The notes: a model not told the origin generated them from the sequence alone. A stretch of DNA of 64,000 nt from an uncultured SAR86 cluster bacterium (GCA_902559885.1 CACEJU010000002.1:65055-129054); one strand, 5' to 3'; counted from the stretch's first letter, positions 1-12,694 are shown. Program-made: numbers and translations.

Positions 1-461
1 CTGTTCCTAGATTGTCAAAAGTTGTTATCAATATGGGTGTTGGTGAGGCAGCAAATGATAAAAAGCATTTACAGTCTGCATTAGAAAACTTGACTGTAAT
101 AGCAGGTCAAAAGCCGGTTACTACAACTGCAAGAAAATCTGTTGCAAGTTTTAAAATTAGAGAGGGCTGGCCATTAGGATGCAAAGTAACCTTAAGAGGT
201 GAAAAAATGTATGATTTTATTGAACGTTTAATAAATATAGCTATACCTCGTGAAAGAGATTTTAGGGGTTTAAACAGCAAGTCATTTGATGGGCAAGGCA
301 ATTACTCTTTTGGCATAAAAGAGCAGATTATTTTTCCAGAAATTAATTATGACAATATCGATAATATCAGAGGCATGGATGTCTGTATTAACACTACTGC
401 TAAAAATAAAGATGAAGCTAAGGCTTTATTAGAAGTATTAGATTTTCCATTTAAGAAATAA
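1..461 (+). CDS. rplE: 50S ribosomal protein L5 (3' part; start lies upstream of the window)
   Basis: Frame is open from nt 3 ([16 protein letters not shown]...). L5-like sequence sits directly before rpsN-rpsH-rplF, as in the spc operon. Confidence 0.93.
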   Translation, partial: VPRLSKVVINMGVGEAANDKKHLQSALENLTVIAGQKPVTTTARKSVASFKIREGWPLGCKVTLRGEKMYDFIERLINIAIPRERDFRGLNSKSFDGQGNYSFGIKEQIIFPEINYDNIDNIRGMDVCINTTAKNKDEAKALLEVLDFPFKK

Positions 462-472
462 AGAGGTAAATA

Positions 473-778
473 ATGGCGAAGAAATCAATGATAGCAAGAG
501 AGCACAAAAGGATTAAAACAGTTGCTCAATATGCTGAAAAGAGAGCTAAACTCAAAGCAACTATGAGTGATATGAGCTTATCGAGCGAAGAAAGATACGA
601 AGCTAGAAAGCAGTTTCAAAAACTTCCTAGAAATGCTAGTCCATCAAGAGTGGTTAGAAGGTGTCAAATAACAGGTAGACCTCATGCTGTTTATAGAAAA
701 TTTGGCTTAAGCAGAATTAAACTTAGGGAGGCCGCAATGAGAGGCGACATTCCTGGGTTGGTAAAATCAAGTTGGTAA
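473..778 (+). CDS. rpsN: 30S ribosomal protein S14
   Basis: 101-aa basic protein [13 protein letters not shown]...GLVKSSW with RBS agaggtaaataATG, in the spc operon position. Confidence 0.95.
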   Translation: MAKKSMIAREHKRIKTVAQYAEKRAKLKATMSDMSLSSEERYEARKQFQKLPRNASPSRVVRRCQITGRPHAVYRKFGLSRIKLREAAMRGDIPGLVKSSW

Positions 779-785
779 AAATATT

Positions 786-1181
786 ATGAGTTTTCAAGAT
801 CCTATATCAGATTGTTTAACAAGAATTAGAAATGGCTTAATGCGTGGTAAAGATTATGTAGATGCACCATATTCGGCTATGAAATATCAATTAGTTGATG
901 TTTTAGTAAAAGAAGGTTACCTGAAGGGCTGTGAAAAAGATGAAAATGATGGAAAGCCGATTTTAAGAATTAACCTTAAATATTTTAATGAAAAGCCTGT
1001 GATAAGAAGCTTAAAAAGAATTAGTAAGCCTAGTTTAAGAAAATATTCATCTGCATCTGATCTAGGGCTTGTTAAAGATGGATTAGGCGCATATATCATT
1101 TCAACCAATCAAGGCCTTATGACAGATAAAGATGCAAGGTCAAAGAATGTTGGTGGCGAAATTCTCTGTGAGGTATTTTAA
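786..1181 (+). CDS. rpsH: 30S ribosomal protein S8
   Basis: 131 aa with an S8-type N-terminus (MSFQDPISDCLTRIRNG), in operon order after S14. Confidence 0.95.
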   Translation: MSFQDPISDCLTRIRNGLMRGKDYVDAPYSAMKYQLVDVLVKEGYLKGCEKDENDGKPILRINLKYFNEKPVIRSLKRISKPSLRKYSSASDLGLVKDGLGAYIISTNQGLMTDKDARSKNVGGEILCEVF

Positions 1182-1726
1182 TGTCTAGAGTAGCTAAATC
1201 ACCTATTTCAATATTAGATGGCGTTACTGTTGAGCTTTTAGATAACGTTGTAAATGTGAAAGGTAAATTAGGTGAATTATCATTTGAATTGCCTGAATCT
1301 ATTTCTATTGAAATTGAGGACTCAACAATATCAGTTAAATATAACGAAGATATTCAGTCTTCAGTCGCGCTTGGCGGGACGACAAGATCTCTAATTAATA
1401 ACATGATTCTTGGTGTATCAAGTGGATTTGAAAAGAAATTAGAACTAAAAGGTGTTGGTTACAGAGCCAAAGCATCTGGCAAGTTATTAGAGCTAACTCT
1501 TGGGTTCTCTCACCCTGTAAAATATCAACTTCCTGAAGAGGTTAATGTTGAAACACCATCGCAGACAGAAATTATTTTAAAAAGTCACAATAAACAAATT
1601 TTAGGGCAAGCAGCAGCAGAAATCAGAGCTTTCAGGCCACCCGAACCATATAAAGGTAAGGGCGTTAGGTATGCTGATGAAGTGATTATTAGAAAAGAAG
1701 CTAAGAAAGCAGCAGGAGGAGCTTAA
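1181..1726 (+). CDS. rplF: 50S ribosomal protein L6
   Basis: 181 aa, MSRVAKSPI..., PEPYKGKGVRY near the C-terminus. The start overlaps the rpsH stop (TAATG). Confidence 0.95.
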   Translation: MSRVAKSPISILDGVTVELLDNVVNVKGKLGELSFELPESISIEIEDSTISVKYNEDIQSSVALGGTTRSLINNMILGVSSGFEKKLELKGVGYRAKASGKLLELTLGFSHPVKYQLPEEVNVETPSQTEIILKSHNKQILGQAAAEIRAFRPPEPYKGKGVRYADEVIIRKEAKKAAGGA

Positions 1727-1727
1727 A

Positions 1728-2072
1728 TTGGGAATTAAAAATACATCTAGACTAAGAAGAGCAAGAAAAACTAGATTAAGAATTAAAGATCAAGATTTAC
1801 ATAGACTAACAGTTTATAAATCATCTAAGCATTTTTATGCTCAAATTTTTGATAGCTCAGGATCTACAGTTGTTGCTTCAGCCTCTACCAATGAAAAAGA
1901 TTCTGGTTTAAAGAATAATGTTCAGGCTGCTGAAGAAATTGGTAAAACAATTGCTGAAAGAGCAATAAAAAATGGTGTCAAAAATGTTGTTTTTGATAGA
2001 TCTGGATATAAATATCATGGCAGAGTAAAAGCGCTAGCAGAATCAGCAAGAGCAGCAGGATTGGAGTTCTAA
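1728..2072 (+). CDS. rplR: 50S ribosomal protein L18
   Basis: 114 aa from a TTG start, with ...[26 protein letters not shown] typical of the L18 C-terminus. Confidence 0.93.
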   Translation: MGIKNTSRLRRARKTRLRIKDQDLHRLTVYKSSKHFYAQIFDSSGSTVVASASTNEKDSGLKNNVQAAEEIGKTIAERAIKNGVKNVVFDRSGYKYHGRVKALAESARAAGLEF

Positions 2073-2074
2073 TA

Positions 2075-2581
2075 ATGAGTGAAGTTAATTTAAATAATCA
2101 ACAACAAGATACGCTTGAAGAAAAGCTTGTTCAAGTAAATAGAGTTGCAAAAGTAGTTAAGGGTGGTCGAATATTTGGTTTTACTGCCTTAACAGTAGTT
2201 GGCGATGGTAATGGAAGAGTTGGTTTTGGTAGAGGAAAAGCCAAAGAAGTACCAATTGCTATTCAAAAGGCTATGGAGGATGCAAGAAGAAGTCTAGTCG
2301 ATGTTGAATTGAACGGATCAACTCTATGGTATCCAGTTAAGGCTAAACATGGTTCTGCTAATGTATATATGCAACCAGCTTCAGAAGGTACAGGTATTAT
2401 TGCAGGTGGTGCAATGAGAGCTGTACTTGAGCTAGCAGGTGTTCAGAATGTTTTAGCAAAATGTTATGGATCAACAAATCCAGTAAATGTTGTGAGAGCA
2501 ACAATAAATGCACTGAGTAAAATGGAATCTCCTGAATCAGTAGCAATGAGAAGAGGTAAAACAGTAGAACAGATATCATGA
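2075..2581 (+). CDS. rpsE: 30S ribosomal protein S5
   Basis: 168 aa with [32 protein letters not shown], the S5 dsRBD motif. Confidence 0.95.
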   Translation: MSEVNLNNQQQDTLEEKLVQVNRVAKVVKGGRIFGFTALTVVGDGNGRVGFGRGKAKEVPIAIQKAMEDARRSLVDVELNGSTLWYPVKAKHGSANVYMQPASEGTGIIAGGAMRAVLELAGVQNVLAKCYGSTNPVNVVRATINALSKMESPESVAMRRGKTVEQIS

Positions 2582-2766
2582 GTGAAAATAAAACAATAAA
2601 AATTAAACTTATTAAAAGTGGAATAGGAAGAATGAAGTCTCATAAGCTTTGTATTAAAGGGCTTGGATTTAAAAAATTAAATCAGACTGTTGCAGTTCAA
2701 GATACTCCATCAAATAGAGGCATGATTAATAAAATCTCAGATATGGTTGAAATACAGGATAACTAA
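2578..2766 (+). CDS. rpmD: 50S ribosomal protein L30
   Basis: 62 aa with a 4-nt overlap onto rpsE (ATGA), in the position between S5 and L15. Confidence 0.9.
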   Translation: MSENKTIKIKLIKSGIGRMKSHKLCIKGLGFKKLNQTVAVQDTPSNRGMINKISDMVEIQDN

Positions 2767-2767
2767 A

Positions 2768-3217
2768 ATGGTTAATGCAGAAGAAAATAAATTATCTTTA
2801 AATACACTTGCTAATTCAGGTACTAAGAAAAATAGAAAGCGTGTTGGTAGAGGTATAGGGTCTGGATTGGGCAAAACTGCTGGTCGAGGTCATAAAGGAC
2901 AAAAATCAAGATCTGGTGGGGGAGTAAGGTTAGGTTTTGAGGGTGGTCAAATGCCACTGCAACAAAGACTACCTAAATTCGGTTTCTCATCAAGAGTCAA
3001 TAACTCTTTCAAAGAAGTCAATTTAAAAAATATTGATGGATTAGAGATTGTCTCATTAGAGTCATTAAAAGAAAAAAAGATAATTCCAAATAGAATTACA
3101 AAAGTAAAAATTTTTGGAACACATGAACTGCAATCAAAAATTACAGTTAAAGGAATAAAAGTAACTAAAGGTGCAAAAGAATCAATTGAAAAAGCTGGAG
3201 GCGCTGTAGAAGAATAA
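2768..3217 (+). CDS. rplO: 50S ribosomal protein L15
   Basis: The ORF-track call (2747) is trimmed to ATG 2768, 1 nt after the rpmD stop. Contains [25 protein letters not shown]. Confidence 0.92.
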   Translation: MVNAEENKLSLNTLANSGTKKNRKRVGRGIGSGLGKTAGRGHKGQKSRSGGGVRLGFEGGQMPLQQRLPKFGFSSRVNNSFKEVNLKNIDGLEIVSLESLKEKKIIPNRITKVKIFGTHELQSKITVKGIKVTKGAKESIEKAGGAVEE

Positions 3218-3219
3218 TT

Positions 3220-4515
3220 ATGGCTGAGCAAAATACAGGCATGAGCGATCTATGGAAGAGAATTAGATTTGTCTTGATGGCTATTATTGTCTACAGGATT
3301 GGTACACATATTCCAATACCTGGAATTGACCCTGACAGGTTAGCTGAATTATTTGATCAAAATCAAGGGACTATTCTTGATATGTTTAATTTATTCTCTG
3401 GTGGCGCCCTTGAAAGAATGAGTATCTTTGCCTTAAATGTTATTCCTTACATTTCAGCAGCTATTATTATGCAGCTTTTTTCTAATTCCATCCCATATCT
3501 ACAAGAGCTTAAAAAAGATGGTCAAGCTGGAAGGAATAAAATTACACAATTTACTAGATATGGAACTGTTTTACTTGCTTTTATACAAGCATCAGCTCTA
3601 GCAGTGACCTTATCAAATAGTGGTTTAGCTTATAATCCTGGTACAAGTTTTCTTGTTTCAGCAGTTTTCGCAGTAGTAGCAGGAACAGTTTTTTTAATGT
3701 GGTTAGGGGAACAAGTTTCAGAAAGAGGCATAGGTAATGGTATATCAATAATCATTGCAACCAGTATTTTGACAGGTATACCTGGCGCAATAGCACAGTC
3801 TTTAGAACAGGCAAGGCAAGGCGATTTAAATATCTTGTTATTAATTGGTATTGGTGTATTAGCTCTAGTTGTTATAGCTGTTGTTGTATTTATAGAAAGA
3901 GGCCAAAGAAGAATCGTTGTGAATTATGCCCAAAGACAACAGGGCAGACGTTTAATGCAAGCACAATCAAGTCATTTGCCATTTAAAGTCAATATGGCTG
4001 GCGTTATACCAGCTATTTTTGCAAGTACATTTTTATTGTTCCCTGCATCGCTTTCAACATGGTTTGGACAGAATGAATCTCTTGGGTTTTTGCAATCAAT
4101 TTCGTTAGCTTTAAATCCAGGACAGCCTTTATATATTCTTGTATTTGCTGCTCTCATTATTTCTTTTTGCTTTATCTGGTTGGCCCTGACTTTTAACACA
4201 AGAGAGGTATCAGATAACTTAAAAAGATCTGGTGCATATATTGCTGGCATAAGACCTGGGGAGCAAACAGCAAATTACATTGATAATGTATTGGCTAGAC
4301 TAACAGTATTTGGAGCAATTTATTTAACATTAATATGTTTATTGCCACTAGCGTTAATAAATTTTGCAGGAGTTTCCTTTTATTTTGGTGGCACTTCGGT
4401 CTTGATTGTTGTGGTGGTATTGATGGATTTTATGGCACAAGTTCAATCTCATTTGATGTCAACACAATATGCATCTTTGATGAAAAAGGCAAATTTAAAA
4501 AATTTTAAAAGATAA
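3220..4515 (+). CDS. secY: Preprotein translocase subunit SecY
   Basis: 431-aa polytopic membrane protein with the SecY-like N-terminus [24 protein letters not shown], following rplO. Confidence 0.95.
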   Translation: MAEQNTGMSDLWKRIRFVLMAIIVYRIGTHIPIPGIDPDRLAELFDQNQGTILDMFNLFSGGALERMSIFALNVIPYISAAIIMQLFSNSIPYLQELKKDGQAGRNKITQFTRYGTVLLAFIQASALAVTLSNSGLAYNPGTSFLVSAVFAVVAGTVFLMWLGEQVSERGIGNGISIIIATSILTGIPGAIAQSLEQARQGDLNILLLIGIGVLALVVIAVVVFIERGQRRIVVNYAQRQQGRRLMQAQSSHLPFKVNMAGVIPAIFASTFLLFPASLSTWFGQNESLGFLQSISLALNPGQPLYILVFAALIISFCFIWLALTFNTREVSDNLKRSGAYIAGIRPGEQTANYIDNVLARLTVFGAIYLTLICLLPLALINFAGVSFYFGGTSVLIVVVVLMDFMAQVQSHLMSTQYASLMKKANLKNFKR

Positions 4516-4520
4516 TAGTT

Positions 4521-4637
4521 ATGAAAGTTAAAGCATCAGTAAAGAAAATATGTCGGAATTGTAAGATTGTTAGAAGAAACGGAGTTCTTTTTGTTATATG
4601 CAAATCTGATCAAAAACATAAACAGAGGCAAGGTTAA
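4521..4637 (+). CDS. rpmJ: 50S ribosomal protein L36
   Basis: Not in the ORF track because it is too short. ATG 4521 encodes [38 protein letters not shown], with stop TAA at 4635-4637, between secY and rpsM. Confidence 0.92.
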   Translation: MKVKASVKKICRNCKIVRRNGVLFVICKSDQKHKQRQG

Positions 4638-4639
4638 AT

Positions 4640-4996
4640 ATGGCTAGGATTGCAGGAGTAAATGTACCTGAAAACAAACACGTAGAGATTTCACTTACAC
4701 ATATATTTGGAATTGGCAGGAAAACTGCCCAAACTATATGCGAAGAGCTTAAGATAGATTATACAAGAAAAGTATCTGATCTATCTGAAGATGAAGTTGA
4801 ACAATTAAGAACAGCTATTGGTAATTATGTTGTTGAGGGTGATTTAAGAAGAAATATTTCTACTAATATTAAAAGACTAATGGACTTAGGAAGTTATAGA
4901 GGTATTAGACACAGAAGAAAACTTCCAACTCGAGGTCAAAGAACTAAAACTAATGCAAGAACAAGAAAAGGCGCCAAGAAGCCTATGAGAGGATAA
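4640..4996 (+). CDS. rpsM: 30S ribosomal protein S13
   Basis: 118 aa, [30 protein letters not shown].... Confidence 0.95.
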   Translation: MARIAGVNVPENKHVEISLTHIFGIGRKTAQTICEELKIDYTRKVSDLSEDEVEQLRTAIGNYVVEGDLRRNISTNIKRLMDLGSYRGIRHRRKLPTRGQRTKTNARTRKGAKKPMRG

Positions 4997-4998
4997 TA

Positions 4999-5373
4999 AT
5001 GGCAGGTAAAAAAGCAAAAAAAATAGTTACAGATGGTGTTGCTCATATTCATGCATCTTTTAACAATACAATAATTACGATTACTGATAAACAAGGTAAT
5101 GCAGTATGTTGGGGAACTTCAGGGGGCTCAGGTTTTAAAGGTTCTAGAAAAAGCACTCCATTTGCAGCTCAGATTGCTGCAGAAAAGGTAGGTAATACTG
5201 CAAAAGAAGAATTTGGAATGATTAATTTAGATGTAAAAGTTAAGGGTCCTGGTGGTGGAAGAGAGTCTGCTATTAGATCTTTAAATGCGTGTGGGTTAAA
5301 GATAAAAAGTATTACAGATGTAACACCATTGCCACATAATGGATGCAGACCATCTAAGAAAAGAAGGGTTTAA
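4999..5373 (+). CDS. rpsK: 30S ribosomal protein S11
   Basis: 124 aa, [18 protein letters not shown]...[16 protein letters not shown]. Confidence 0.95.
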   Translation: MAGKKAKKIVTDGVAHIHASFNNTIITITDKQGNAVCWGTSGGSGFKGSRKSTPFAAQIAAEKVGNTAKEEFGMINLDVKVKGPGGGRESAIRSLNACGLKIKSITDVTPLPHNGCRPSKKRRV

Positions 5374-5383
5374 GGAGATTTAA

Positions 5384-6004
5384 ATGGCTAGATATAGAGG
5401 ACCATCTTTAAGATTATCAAGAAGAGAAGGAACTGATCTTTACTTAAAAAGCGGCATTAGAGCAATCGAATCAAAATGTAACATGGATACAGCTCCAGGT
5501 GTACATGGGGCTAGAAGAGGTAGGCTTTCTGATTATGGTCTCCAGTTACGAGAAAAACAAAAAGTGAGAAGAATTTATGGTGTTCTCGAAAAGCAGTTTA
5601 GAAATTATTATAAAAAAGCTGCTGCTATGAAGGGCAATACAGGTGAAAATCTTCTTTCACTCTTAGAAAAAAGACTTGATAACGTTGTGTACAGAATGGG
5701 ATTTGGCTCTACAAGAGCAGAAGCTAGACAGTTAGTTTCTCATAAAGCGCTCAAAGTTAATGGTAAAGTTGTAAATATCGCGTCTTATCAAGTACAACCT
5801 GGCGATGAAGTGGAAATTAGAGAAAGAAAAAAAGGCCAGCTTAGAATTCAAGCATCATTAAAGATTGCAGCAACAAGAGAAGCTTGTGAATGGCTTGAAG
5901 TTGATGATAAAAATTTAAAAGGAGTATTTAAAGCAGTTCCTGATAGAGCTGATTTGGGTACAGAAATTAACGAAAATCTTATTGTTGAGCTTTACTCAAA
6001 ATAA
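5384..6004 (+). CDS. rpsD: 30S ribosomal protein S4
   Basis: 206 aa, [19 protein letters not shown]..., with an S4 RNA-binding domain. Confidence 0.95.
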   Translation: MARYRGPSLRLSRREGTDLYLKSGIRAIESKCNMDTAPGVHGARRGRLSDYGLQLREKQKVRRIYGVLEKQFRNYYKKAAAMKGNTGENLLSLLEKRLDNVVYRMGFGSTRAEARQLVSHKALKVNGKVVNIASYQVQPGDEVEIRERKKGQLRIQASLKIAATREACEWLEVDDKNLKGVFKAVPDRADLGTEINENLIVELYSK

Positions 6005-6022
6005 ATAAAGGCGGATAGAATT

Positions 6023-6988
6023 ATGCAAACATCAGTAATAGACTTATTAGTACCAACTGAAATACAAGTAGATGATATTTCACCAACCCTATCTAAAGTT
6101 ACTTTAGAGCCTTTAGAAAGAGGTTTCGGGCATACTCTTGGTAATGCGTTAAGAAGGATATTATTATCCTCAATGCCTGGAGCGGCAATCACTGACGTTG
6201 TAATTGATGGTATATCACATGAATATAGCACTATAGAGGGTGTTAGAGAGGATGTTATTGACATCCTACTTAATTTAAAAGAGTTACCTGTTAAAGTTAT
6301 CGAGGGAAATACAGCTGAAATAACACTTGATGTTACTGGTCCTTGCGATGTAACAGCAGCTTCTTTTGAAGTTCCTGGTAATGTTGAATTAGTTGATCAA
6401 GATTTTCACGTTGCATCTATAGTTGATAAAGTTAATTTAAAGATGACTCTCGTAGTGAAAACTGGAAGGGGTTACGAGCCAGCAGATTTAAGAGATGATG
6501 AAGATAGAGTGGTTGGAGGATTAAAAATTGATGCTTCCTATAGTCCAGTTAAAAGAGTTTCTTATAATGTTGATAATGCTAGATTTGAAAAGAGAACAGA
6601 CCTTGATAAATTATTAATAGAGCTTGAAACAGACGGAACATTAGATCCTAAAATGGCTATAGAGCACAGTGCGACTATTCTTCAACAGCAATTAGCAGCA
6701 TTTGTTGACTTAGATGCAATAGCAGAACAAGAGGCAAAGAAAGAACAAAATGACTTTGATCCATTATTATTAAGATCAATTGAAGAGCTTGAATTAACGG
6801 TTAGATCTACTAACTGTCTTAAAGCTGAAAGTATATTCTTAATTGGAGATTTAATACATAAAACGGAGTTTGATTTATTGAAAACTCCTAATTTAGGTAA
6901 AAAATCATTGAATGAAATTAAAGATGTACTTGCTTCAAAAGAGCTCTCTTTAGGTATGAATGTTGAGAACTGGCCACCAGTAGGATAA
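6023..6988 (+). CDS. rpoA: DNA-directed RNA polymerase alpha subunit
   Basis: 321 aa with [23 protein letters not shown] and a C-terminal-domain helix-hairpin-helix region ([12 protein letters not shown]). Confidence 0.95.
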   Translation: MQTSVIDLLVPTEIQVDDISPTLSKVTLEPLERGFGHTLGNALRRILLSSMPGAAITDVVIDGISHEYSTIEGVREDVIDILLNLKELPVKVIEGNTAEITLDVTGPCDVTAASFEVPGNVELVDQDFHVASIVDKVNLKMTLVVKTGRGYEPADLRDDEDRVVGGLKIDASYSPVKRVSYNVDNARFEKRTDLDKLLIELETDGTLDPKMAIEHSATILQQQLAAFVDLDAIAEQEAKKEQNDFDPLLLRSIEELELTVRSTNCLKAESIFLIGDLIHKTEFDLLKTPNLGKKSLNEIKDVLASKELSLGMNVENWPPVG

Positions 6989-6991
6989 AAA

Positions 6992-7393
6992 ATGAGACAT
7001 AGAAAAAAAGGAAGAAAACTAAATCGTAATTCCGCTCATAGAAAAGCTTTACTAAAAAACTTAGCTATAGCTTTAATAGAAAGGGAAGTTATTAGAACTA
7101 CAGTCCCTAAAGCAAAAGAGCTTAGAACTTTTATTGAACCACTAATAACTCTTGCTAAGGATGATTCTGTTGCAAATAGAAGATTAGCATTCAATAAACT
7201 TAGATCTGATGAAGCAGTTGGCAAACTTTTTACTTCAGTTGCAGTTAACGCTAAAGATAGAAATGGTGGATACACAAGAATTATAAAAGCTGGTTTCAGG
7301 CCTGGAGATAAAGCAGACATGGCTTATATGGAGCTCGTTGATCGTGTATCAGAAACTGAAAGCACTGAAGCATCTGAAGAGTCGGCAGCTTAA
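6992..7393 (+). CDS. rplQ: 50S ribosomal protein L17
   Basis: 133 aa, [24 protein letters not shown]..., with a short acidic C-terminal tail. Confidence 0.95.
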   Translation: MRHRKKGRKLNRNSAHRKALLKNLAIALIEREVIRTTVPKAKELRTFIEPLITLAKDDSVANRRLAFNKLRSDEAVGKLFTSVAVNAKDRNGGYTRIIKAGFRPGDKADMAYMELVDRVSETESTEASEESAA

Positions 7394-10216
7394 CTAGCTT
7401 TTTAACATTTTCTTAAGGAACATCCCTGTATAGGATCTTCTTACTTTAGATACCTGTTCAGGTGTTCCTTCGGCTACTATTGTGCCACCATCATCGCCAC
7501 CTTCAGGCCCTAAATCAATCACCCAGTCAGCTGTTTTAATAACATCTAAATTGTGTTCAATTACAACAATAGTATTGCCTTGGCTTTGAAGTTTTTTGAG
7601 AACTTCAAGAAGTAATTCAATATCTGCAAAATGAAGCCCGGTTGTTGGTTCGTCCAAAATAAATAATGTTTTTCCAGTACTTCTTTTTGATAATTCTTTT
7701 GCCAATTTAATTCTTTGGGCCTCTCCTCCAGACAATGTAACAGCAGACTGTCCAAGTGTAATGTAACCAAGGCCAACGTCATTTAGCGTTGCTAGTTTTT
7801 TCTTAATTGCTGGATGAGATTCAAAGAATTTGAGCGCATCCTCTACAGTCATATTTAAAATATCACTTATATTCTTATCTTTGTATTTAACTTCTAGGGT
7901 TTGCTCGTTATATCTTTTACCATTACAAATATCACAGGTAACATATACATCTGCTAAGAAATGCATTTCTACTTTTGTTACTCCATCTCCTTGGCAGGCC
8001 TCACATCTTCCACCTTTAACATTAAAACTAAATCTTCCTGGTTTATAGCCTCTAGATCTTGCCTCAACAGTCTGAGATAAAAGATCTCTTATATGCGAGA
8101 AAAGACCTGTATAAGTTGCCGGATTTGATCTAGGAGTTCTTCCGATAGGGGATTGATCAATATTAATTGATTTATCTAGGTAGTCTAAACCATCAATTTT
8201 TTCACATTTGATTTCTTTATTTAACTTTGCTTTATTCAAAATAAATGATGAGATTGGTGATAGTGTTTGATTAATTAATGATGATTTTCCAGATCCTGAT
8301 ACCCCTGTAATACATGTAAATAAACCTATAGGTATCTCAAGATCAATATTCTTCAGATTATTCTCATTTGCTCCGATTATATTTATGAAACGGTCAGAAG
8401 GCTTATGTCTTATTTTTGGAATCTTAATCGATCTTTCACCAGATAAATATTTTGCAGTTAAAGATTTTTTATTTGATAGAATATTTTTAAGACTTCCTTC
8501 AGCGCAAACTTCTCCTCCATGCTTACCTGCCCCTGGTCCAATGTCTATAATATGATCAGCAGCCCTTATCGCCTCTTCATCGTGCTCGACCACTATCACT
8601 GTATTACCAAGGCCTTGAAGTCTTTTTAATGTATTAATAAGTTTTTCATTATCTCTCTGATGAAGTCCTATTGAGGGTTCATCAAGTACATAAGTTACTC
8701 CCACCAGGCCCGAGCCAATTTGACTTGCTAATCTTATTCTTTGAGCTTCACCTCCTGAGAGAGTTTCAGCACTCCTGTCTAAAGTTAAGTAATTTAAGCC
8801 GACATTTGAGAGAAAGGACAGTCTTTCACTTATTTCTTTAATAATTTTTTCAGCTATCTGTTCGCTAGTTTTATCTAATTTCATATTAGAAATAAAACTT
8901 AACGCATCTGTAATTTTTAAATTTGTAATTTTATGTATAGGGGTTTCAGATACAAATACATTTCTAGATTCTTTATTTAATCTTGAGCCTTTACACGTAC
9001 CGCATGATGATTGAGACATAAGCTTAGACAGCTCATCTCTTATATATTCCGAATCAGTTTCCTTAAATCGTCTCTCAGTGCTTGGTATTATGCCTTCAAA
9101 TTTATGTTTTCTTACAATCCTACTACCACTTCTAAATCTATGTGAGAAGTCAATTTTGTCTTTTGAGCCCCATAAAATAATATCCTTAATATCTTCTGGA
9201 TAATCTTTCCATTTTGTATTTAGATCAAAACCATAATGCGCGGCCAAACATCTAAGCTGCCAATAATAAAATCTATTTCTTCTTGTCCAGCCTTTTATAG
9301 CCCCATTACTTATAGAAACATCATCATCCTGTATTAACCTTTTCTCATTGAAAAATTGAGTTACGCCTAGGCCATCACATACCTCACATGCTCCATGGGG
9401 ATTGTTAAATGAAAACATTCTGGGCTCAAGCTCGGGAATAGAATAACCACACTGGGAGCAGGAGAAATTAGATGAAAAAAGATAGTTTTTAGATGTATCA
9501 ATCTCTTCAACCTCTACAAGGCCATTTGATAAAATTAGAGCAGATTCAATTGATTCAGATAGTCTAGACTTTTGTTCTTTAGTTTTTTTAATAACTAACC
9601 TATCTACAACCGCTGAAATGTTGTGTTTTTTATTTTTTTCAAGGTTAGGGAATTCATCAATTGGATAAACTTTTCCATCAACTTTTACCCTTACATAGCC
9701 ATCTTTCCTAAGGTCATCATAAATTGCATTGTGTTCACCTTTTTTATCTCTTATTACAGGCGCGAGAATCATTATTTTTGCGCTTTCCTTAAGCTTCAGA
9801 ACATCATTTGCAATTTCGCTTATAGTTTTTGCCTTAAGCTCCTCGTTATGATCAGGACACCTTGGAATACCAACTCTTGCATACAATAATCTTAAATAGT
9901 CATAAATCTCTGTTACAGTACCAACAGTTGATCTAGGATTATGAGATGTTGCTTTTTGCTCAATAGATATTGATGGTGAGAGACCATCAATTTGATCTAC
10001 ATCAGGTTTCTCCATCATTGAAAGAAATTGTCTTGCATAAGCAGATAGTGATTCAACATACCTTCTTTGACCTTCGGCATAAAGGGTGTCAAAAGCTAGA
10101 GATGATTTTCCTGAGCCAGAAATTCCAGTTATTATAACAATCTTATTTCTTGGAATTTCAATATCAATATTCTTAAGATTATGAGTCCTAGCGCCTTTTA
10201 TATAAATATTATCCAT
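7394..10216 (-). CDS. uvrA: Excinuclease ABC subunit A
   Basis: 940 aa with two ABC modules (Walker [10 protein letters not shown] and GVSGSGKSS; LSGGEAQR twice) and Cys-cluster zinc fingers. Confidence 0.96.
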   Translation of the reverse strand: MDNIYIKGARTHNLKNIDIEIPRNKIVIITGISGSGKSSLAFDTLYAEGQRRYVESLSAYARQFLSMMEKPDVDQIDGLSPSISIEQKATSHNPRSTVGTVTEIYDYLRLLYARVGIPRCPDHNEELKAKTISEIANDVLKLKESAKIMILAPVIRDKKGEHNAIYDDLRKDGYVRVKVDGKVYPIDEFPNLEKNKKHNISAVVDRLVIKKTKEQKSRLSESIESALILSNGLVEVEEIDTSKNYLFSSNFSCSQCGYSIPELEPRMFSFNNPHGACEVCDGLGVTQFFNEKRLIQDDDVSISNGAIKGWTRRNRFYYWQLRCLAAHYGFDLNTKWKDYPEDIKDIILWGSKDKIDFSHRFRSGSRIVRKHKFEGIIPSTERRFKETDSEYIRDELSKLMSQSSCGTCKGSRLNKESRNVFVSETPIHKITNLKITDALSFISNMKLDKTSEQIAEKIIKEISERLSFLSNVGLNYLTLDRSAETLSGGEAQRIRLASQIGSGLVGVTYVLDEPSIGLHQRDNEKLINTLKRLQGLGNTVIVVEHDEEAIRAADHIIDIGPGAGKHGGEVCAEGSLKNILSNKKSLTAKYLSGERSIKIPKIRHKPSDRFINIIGANENNLKNIDLEIPIGLFTCITGVSGSGKSSLINQTLSPISSFILNKAKLNKEIKCEKIDGLDYLDKSINIDQSPIGRTPRSNPATYTGLFSHIRDLLSQTVEARSRGYKPGRFSFNVKGGRCEACQGDGVTKVEMHFLADVYVTCDICNGKRYNEQTLEVKYKDKNISDILNMTVEDALKFFESHPAIKKKLATLNDVGLGYITLGQSAVTLSGGEAQRIKLAKELSKRSTGKTLFILDEPTTGLHFADIELLLEVLKKLQSQGNTIVVIEHNLDVIKTADWVIDLGPEGGDDGGTIVAEGTPEQVSKVRRSYTGMFLKKMLKS

Positions 10217-10284
10217 AAATATAAATATTATTCGTGATGAAAAAATTAAATTGAGTTAAACTTCATATATTATACGAGGTAATC

Positions 10285-10725
10285 ATGAGTAGAGGCGTAA
10301 ATAAAGTTATATTAGTAGGAAATCTTGGTCAAAAACCAGAAATGAGATATACAGCAACTCAATCAGCAGTTGCTAATCTTTCTGTAGCAACAACAGAATC
10401 CTGGAAAGATAAAGAAACCGGTGAAATGAGAGATAAAACGGAGTGGCATAGGGTAGTTTATTTTGGAAAACTTGCAGAGATTGTTGAAAAATATCTTGAT
10501 AAAGGTTCAAAAGTCTATGTTGAAGGAAAACTCCAGACCAGAAAATGGCAAGATAAATCTGGTGCTGACAGATGGACAACAGAGATAGTTGGAAATGAAT
10601 TAACAATGCTTGATTCCAGATCAGGCTCTCAACAGAATGAATTTAATCAGGATGATAATTCGTCAATGGGCATGAATGATAGCCAAGATGCTGGTGGCTT
10701 AACAGATGACGATATTCCTTTTTAA
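10285..10725 (+). CDS. ssb: Single-stranded DNA-binding protein
   Basis: OB-fold N-terminus [15 protein letters not shown] and a C-terminal tip DDDIPF. It is divergent from uvrA, as in E. coli. Confidence 0.95.
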   Translation: MSRGVNKVILVGNLGQKPEMRYTATQSAVANLSVATTESWKDKETGEMRDKTEWHRVVYFGKLAEIVEKYLDKGSKVYVEGKLQTRKWQDKSGADRWTTEIVGNELTMLDSRSGSQQNEFNQDDNSSMGMNDSQDAGGLTDDDIPF

Positions 10726-10731
10726 GATACT

Positions 10732-11586
10732 TTGGATAATTCGTACAAAACAATTCAATTTGAAAAGAAAGAACAAGCAGCAGTACTCACATTAGATCGT
10801 CCACAAAAACTTAATGCATTTAATTTACGCATGCTTGAAGAAATGCTTGATGCAATTAAATATGTTAATGAAAGTGATGATATTGAATTTTTGATAATAA
10901 CAGGATCAGGTAAGGCGTTTTGTGCAGGAGCTGATCTATCATCTGGTAAAAAAACATTTGATAAAAATTTTGATACTAGAGACTTTCATGATGCAGAATA
11001 TCGTAAAGATGCAGGAGGTATTCTAAACCTGGAGTTATACAGATGTTTAAAACCGGTAATTATTGCATGCAATGGAGATGCTGTAGGTGTTGGAGCAACA
11101 ATGCAATTACCTGCAGACATAAGAATTGCTTCTCCGAATGCAAGATATGGATTTGTATTTGCTAATAGAGGAATTGTTCCAGATGGATGTGCTAGCTGGT
11201 TTTTACCAAGAGTGATAGGAATCTCTAAATCTCTTCAGCTTTGTTATTCTGGAAAGCTTATTGATGCTGAAGAGGCGTTGGATATTGGTCTTATCGACTA
11301 TATTTGTGATGATAATGTTGTTGAATATGCTTTAGATAAAGGAAGAGCTTTATGTAGCTCAAGCGCGCCTGTATCTATTGCAATGACCAGGCAGATGATC
11401 TGGTCTCTATCTGGTGAATCAAATCCTGAGCTTGCCCATGAAATTGAGAGCAAAGCCATTGACTCAAGGGGTCAGTCAGATGATGCAAAAGAGGGGGTTA
11501 TGTCATTCTTAGAAAAAAGAAAACCAAAATTCAAGAATAAAGTATCATCAGACATGCCTGAAGTATATCCTTGGAAAAATAAATAA
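10732..11586 (+). CDS. Enoyl-CoA hydratase/isomerase (crotonase) family protein
   Basis: 284 aa from a TTG start, with the crotonase signature region ITGSGKAFCAGADLS. The substrate is unknown. Confidence 0.8.
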   Translation: MDNSYKTIQFEKKEQAAVLTLDRPQKLNAFNLRMLEEMLDAIKYVNESDDIEFLIITGSGKAFCAGADLSSGKKTFDKNFDTRDFHDAEYRKDAGGILNLELYRCLKPVIIACNGDAVGVGATMQLPADIRIASPNARYGFVFANRGIVPDGCASWFLPRVIGISKSLQLCYSGKLIDAEEALDIGLIDYICDDNVVEYALDKGRALCSSSAPVSIAMTRQMIWSLSGESNPELAHEIESKAIDSRGQSDDAKEGVMSFLEKRKPKFKNKVSSDMPEVYPWKNK

Positions 11587-11614
11587 ACTTTAAGTAATAA
11601 TTAAGAGAACATAT

Positions 11615-12694
11615 ATGTTATTTGAACCATATCATTTAAAAGGTTTAAACCTTAGAAATAGAATAGTCATGGCGCCTATGACTAGAAACCAATCACCTGG
11701 AGGCATACCTACAAAAGAGGTTATTGAGTACTATAAAAGAAGAGCTAAGGCGGAAGTAGGTTTAATAATTACAGAAGGAATTGAAATAAGCCATAAAGCT
11801 TCAAGCGCTTATCCAAATGTACCAAGATTAGATACTAAAGAAGCAATTGATGGTTGGAAAAAGGTAGTTAGTGGAATTAAAGAAAATAATGGCGCAGTAA
11901 TAGCGCAGCTATGGCATTGTGGTGGTTTTAGGAAGTTAGGTATGGATCCTGATCCACTTGTACCAGGTCATACAGCATCAGGAATTGTAAGGCCAGGTAA
12001 AAAAGTTGCTCATGCAATGACTGTTGATGATATTAAGGAAACTATTGAAGCATATGCTTCTGATGCAAAAATTTGTGAAGAAATAGGTTTTGACGGTGTT
12101 GAAATACATGGTGCACATGGATATCTTATTGATAATTTCTTCTGGAGTGGCACTAATAAAAGAAATGATTCTTATGGCGGATCAATTAAAAATAGATCTA
12201 AATTAGCTACTGATATTGTTAAAGCAATTCGGTCAAACGTTAGCAATCAATTTATAGTTGGGCTTAGATTCTCTCAATGGAAGCAACAAGATTATGAGGC
12301 AAAACTAGCCAATAGCCCAAATGAATTAAAAGAACTTATTAATGACCCAATAGAAGAGGGATTAGATTTTTTACATTCAAGTATGAGGCGTTTTTGGGAA
12401 AGTGAATTTGAAGGTTCAGATGAAAACCTAGCTTATTGGACAAAAAAGCTATCTGGTCTTCCAACAATAAGTGTTGGCAGCGTTGGCTTAGACTCTGATT
12501 TCATAGATATGAGTGCTCCGGCTTCACCAACAAATATAAATAAAGCTATTGATGATATTAATCAAAAAAAATATGATCTTGTTGCAGTCGGCAGGGCTCT
12601 ACTTGCAGACCATGAGTGGGTGGTAAAAATAAAAGAAGGAAGAGTAGATGATATTGTTCCCTATTCAAAGGAAGCTTTACTTAAATTATATTAG
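11615..12694 (+). CDS. NADH:flavin oxidoreductase, Old Yellow Enzyme family
   Basis: 359 aa with [20 protein letters not shown] and [13 protein letters not shown], typical of the OYE TIM barrel. Confidence 0.85.
   Translation: MLFEPYHLKGLNLRNRIVMAPMTRNQSPGGIPTKEVIEYYKRRAKAEVGLIITEGIEISHKASSAYPNVPRLDTKEAIDGWKKVVSGIKENNGAVIAQLWHCGGFRKLGMDPDPLVPGHTASGIVRPGKKVAHAMTVDDIKETIEAYASDAKICEEIGFDGVEIHGAHGYLIDNFFWSGTNKRNDSYGGSIKNRSKLATDIVKAIRSNVSNQFIVGLRFSQWKQQDYEAKLANSPNELKELINDPIEEGLDFLHSSMRRFWESEFEGSDENLAYWTKKLSGLPTISVGSVGLDSDFIDMSAPASPTNINKAIDDINQKKYDLVAVGRALLADHEWVVKIKEGRVDDIVPYSKEALLKLY

Noticed and set aside
2747-2767. N-terminal extensions in the ORF track. These are rplO from 2747, lpxA from 38015, lptF from 54065, POT from 56625, dapE from 59304 and gpx from 49778.
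   Set aside because: Each extension overlaps the neighbouring gene or adds residues that do not resemble the family N-terminus. An internal start directly after the upstream stop, or with a better RBS, fits the homologues, so the calls were trimmed.
10217-10284. A LexA (SOS) box was expected in the divergent uvrA<>ssb promoter region, as in E. coli.
   Set aside because: I read both strands of the 68-nt spacer and found no CTGT-N8-ACAG or close variant. I therefore do not annotate an operator. The absence is noted under the neighbourhood finding.
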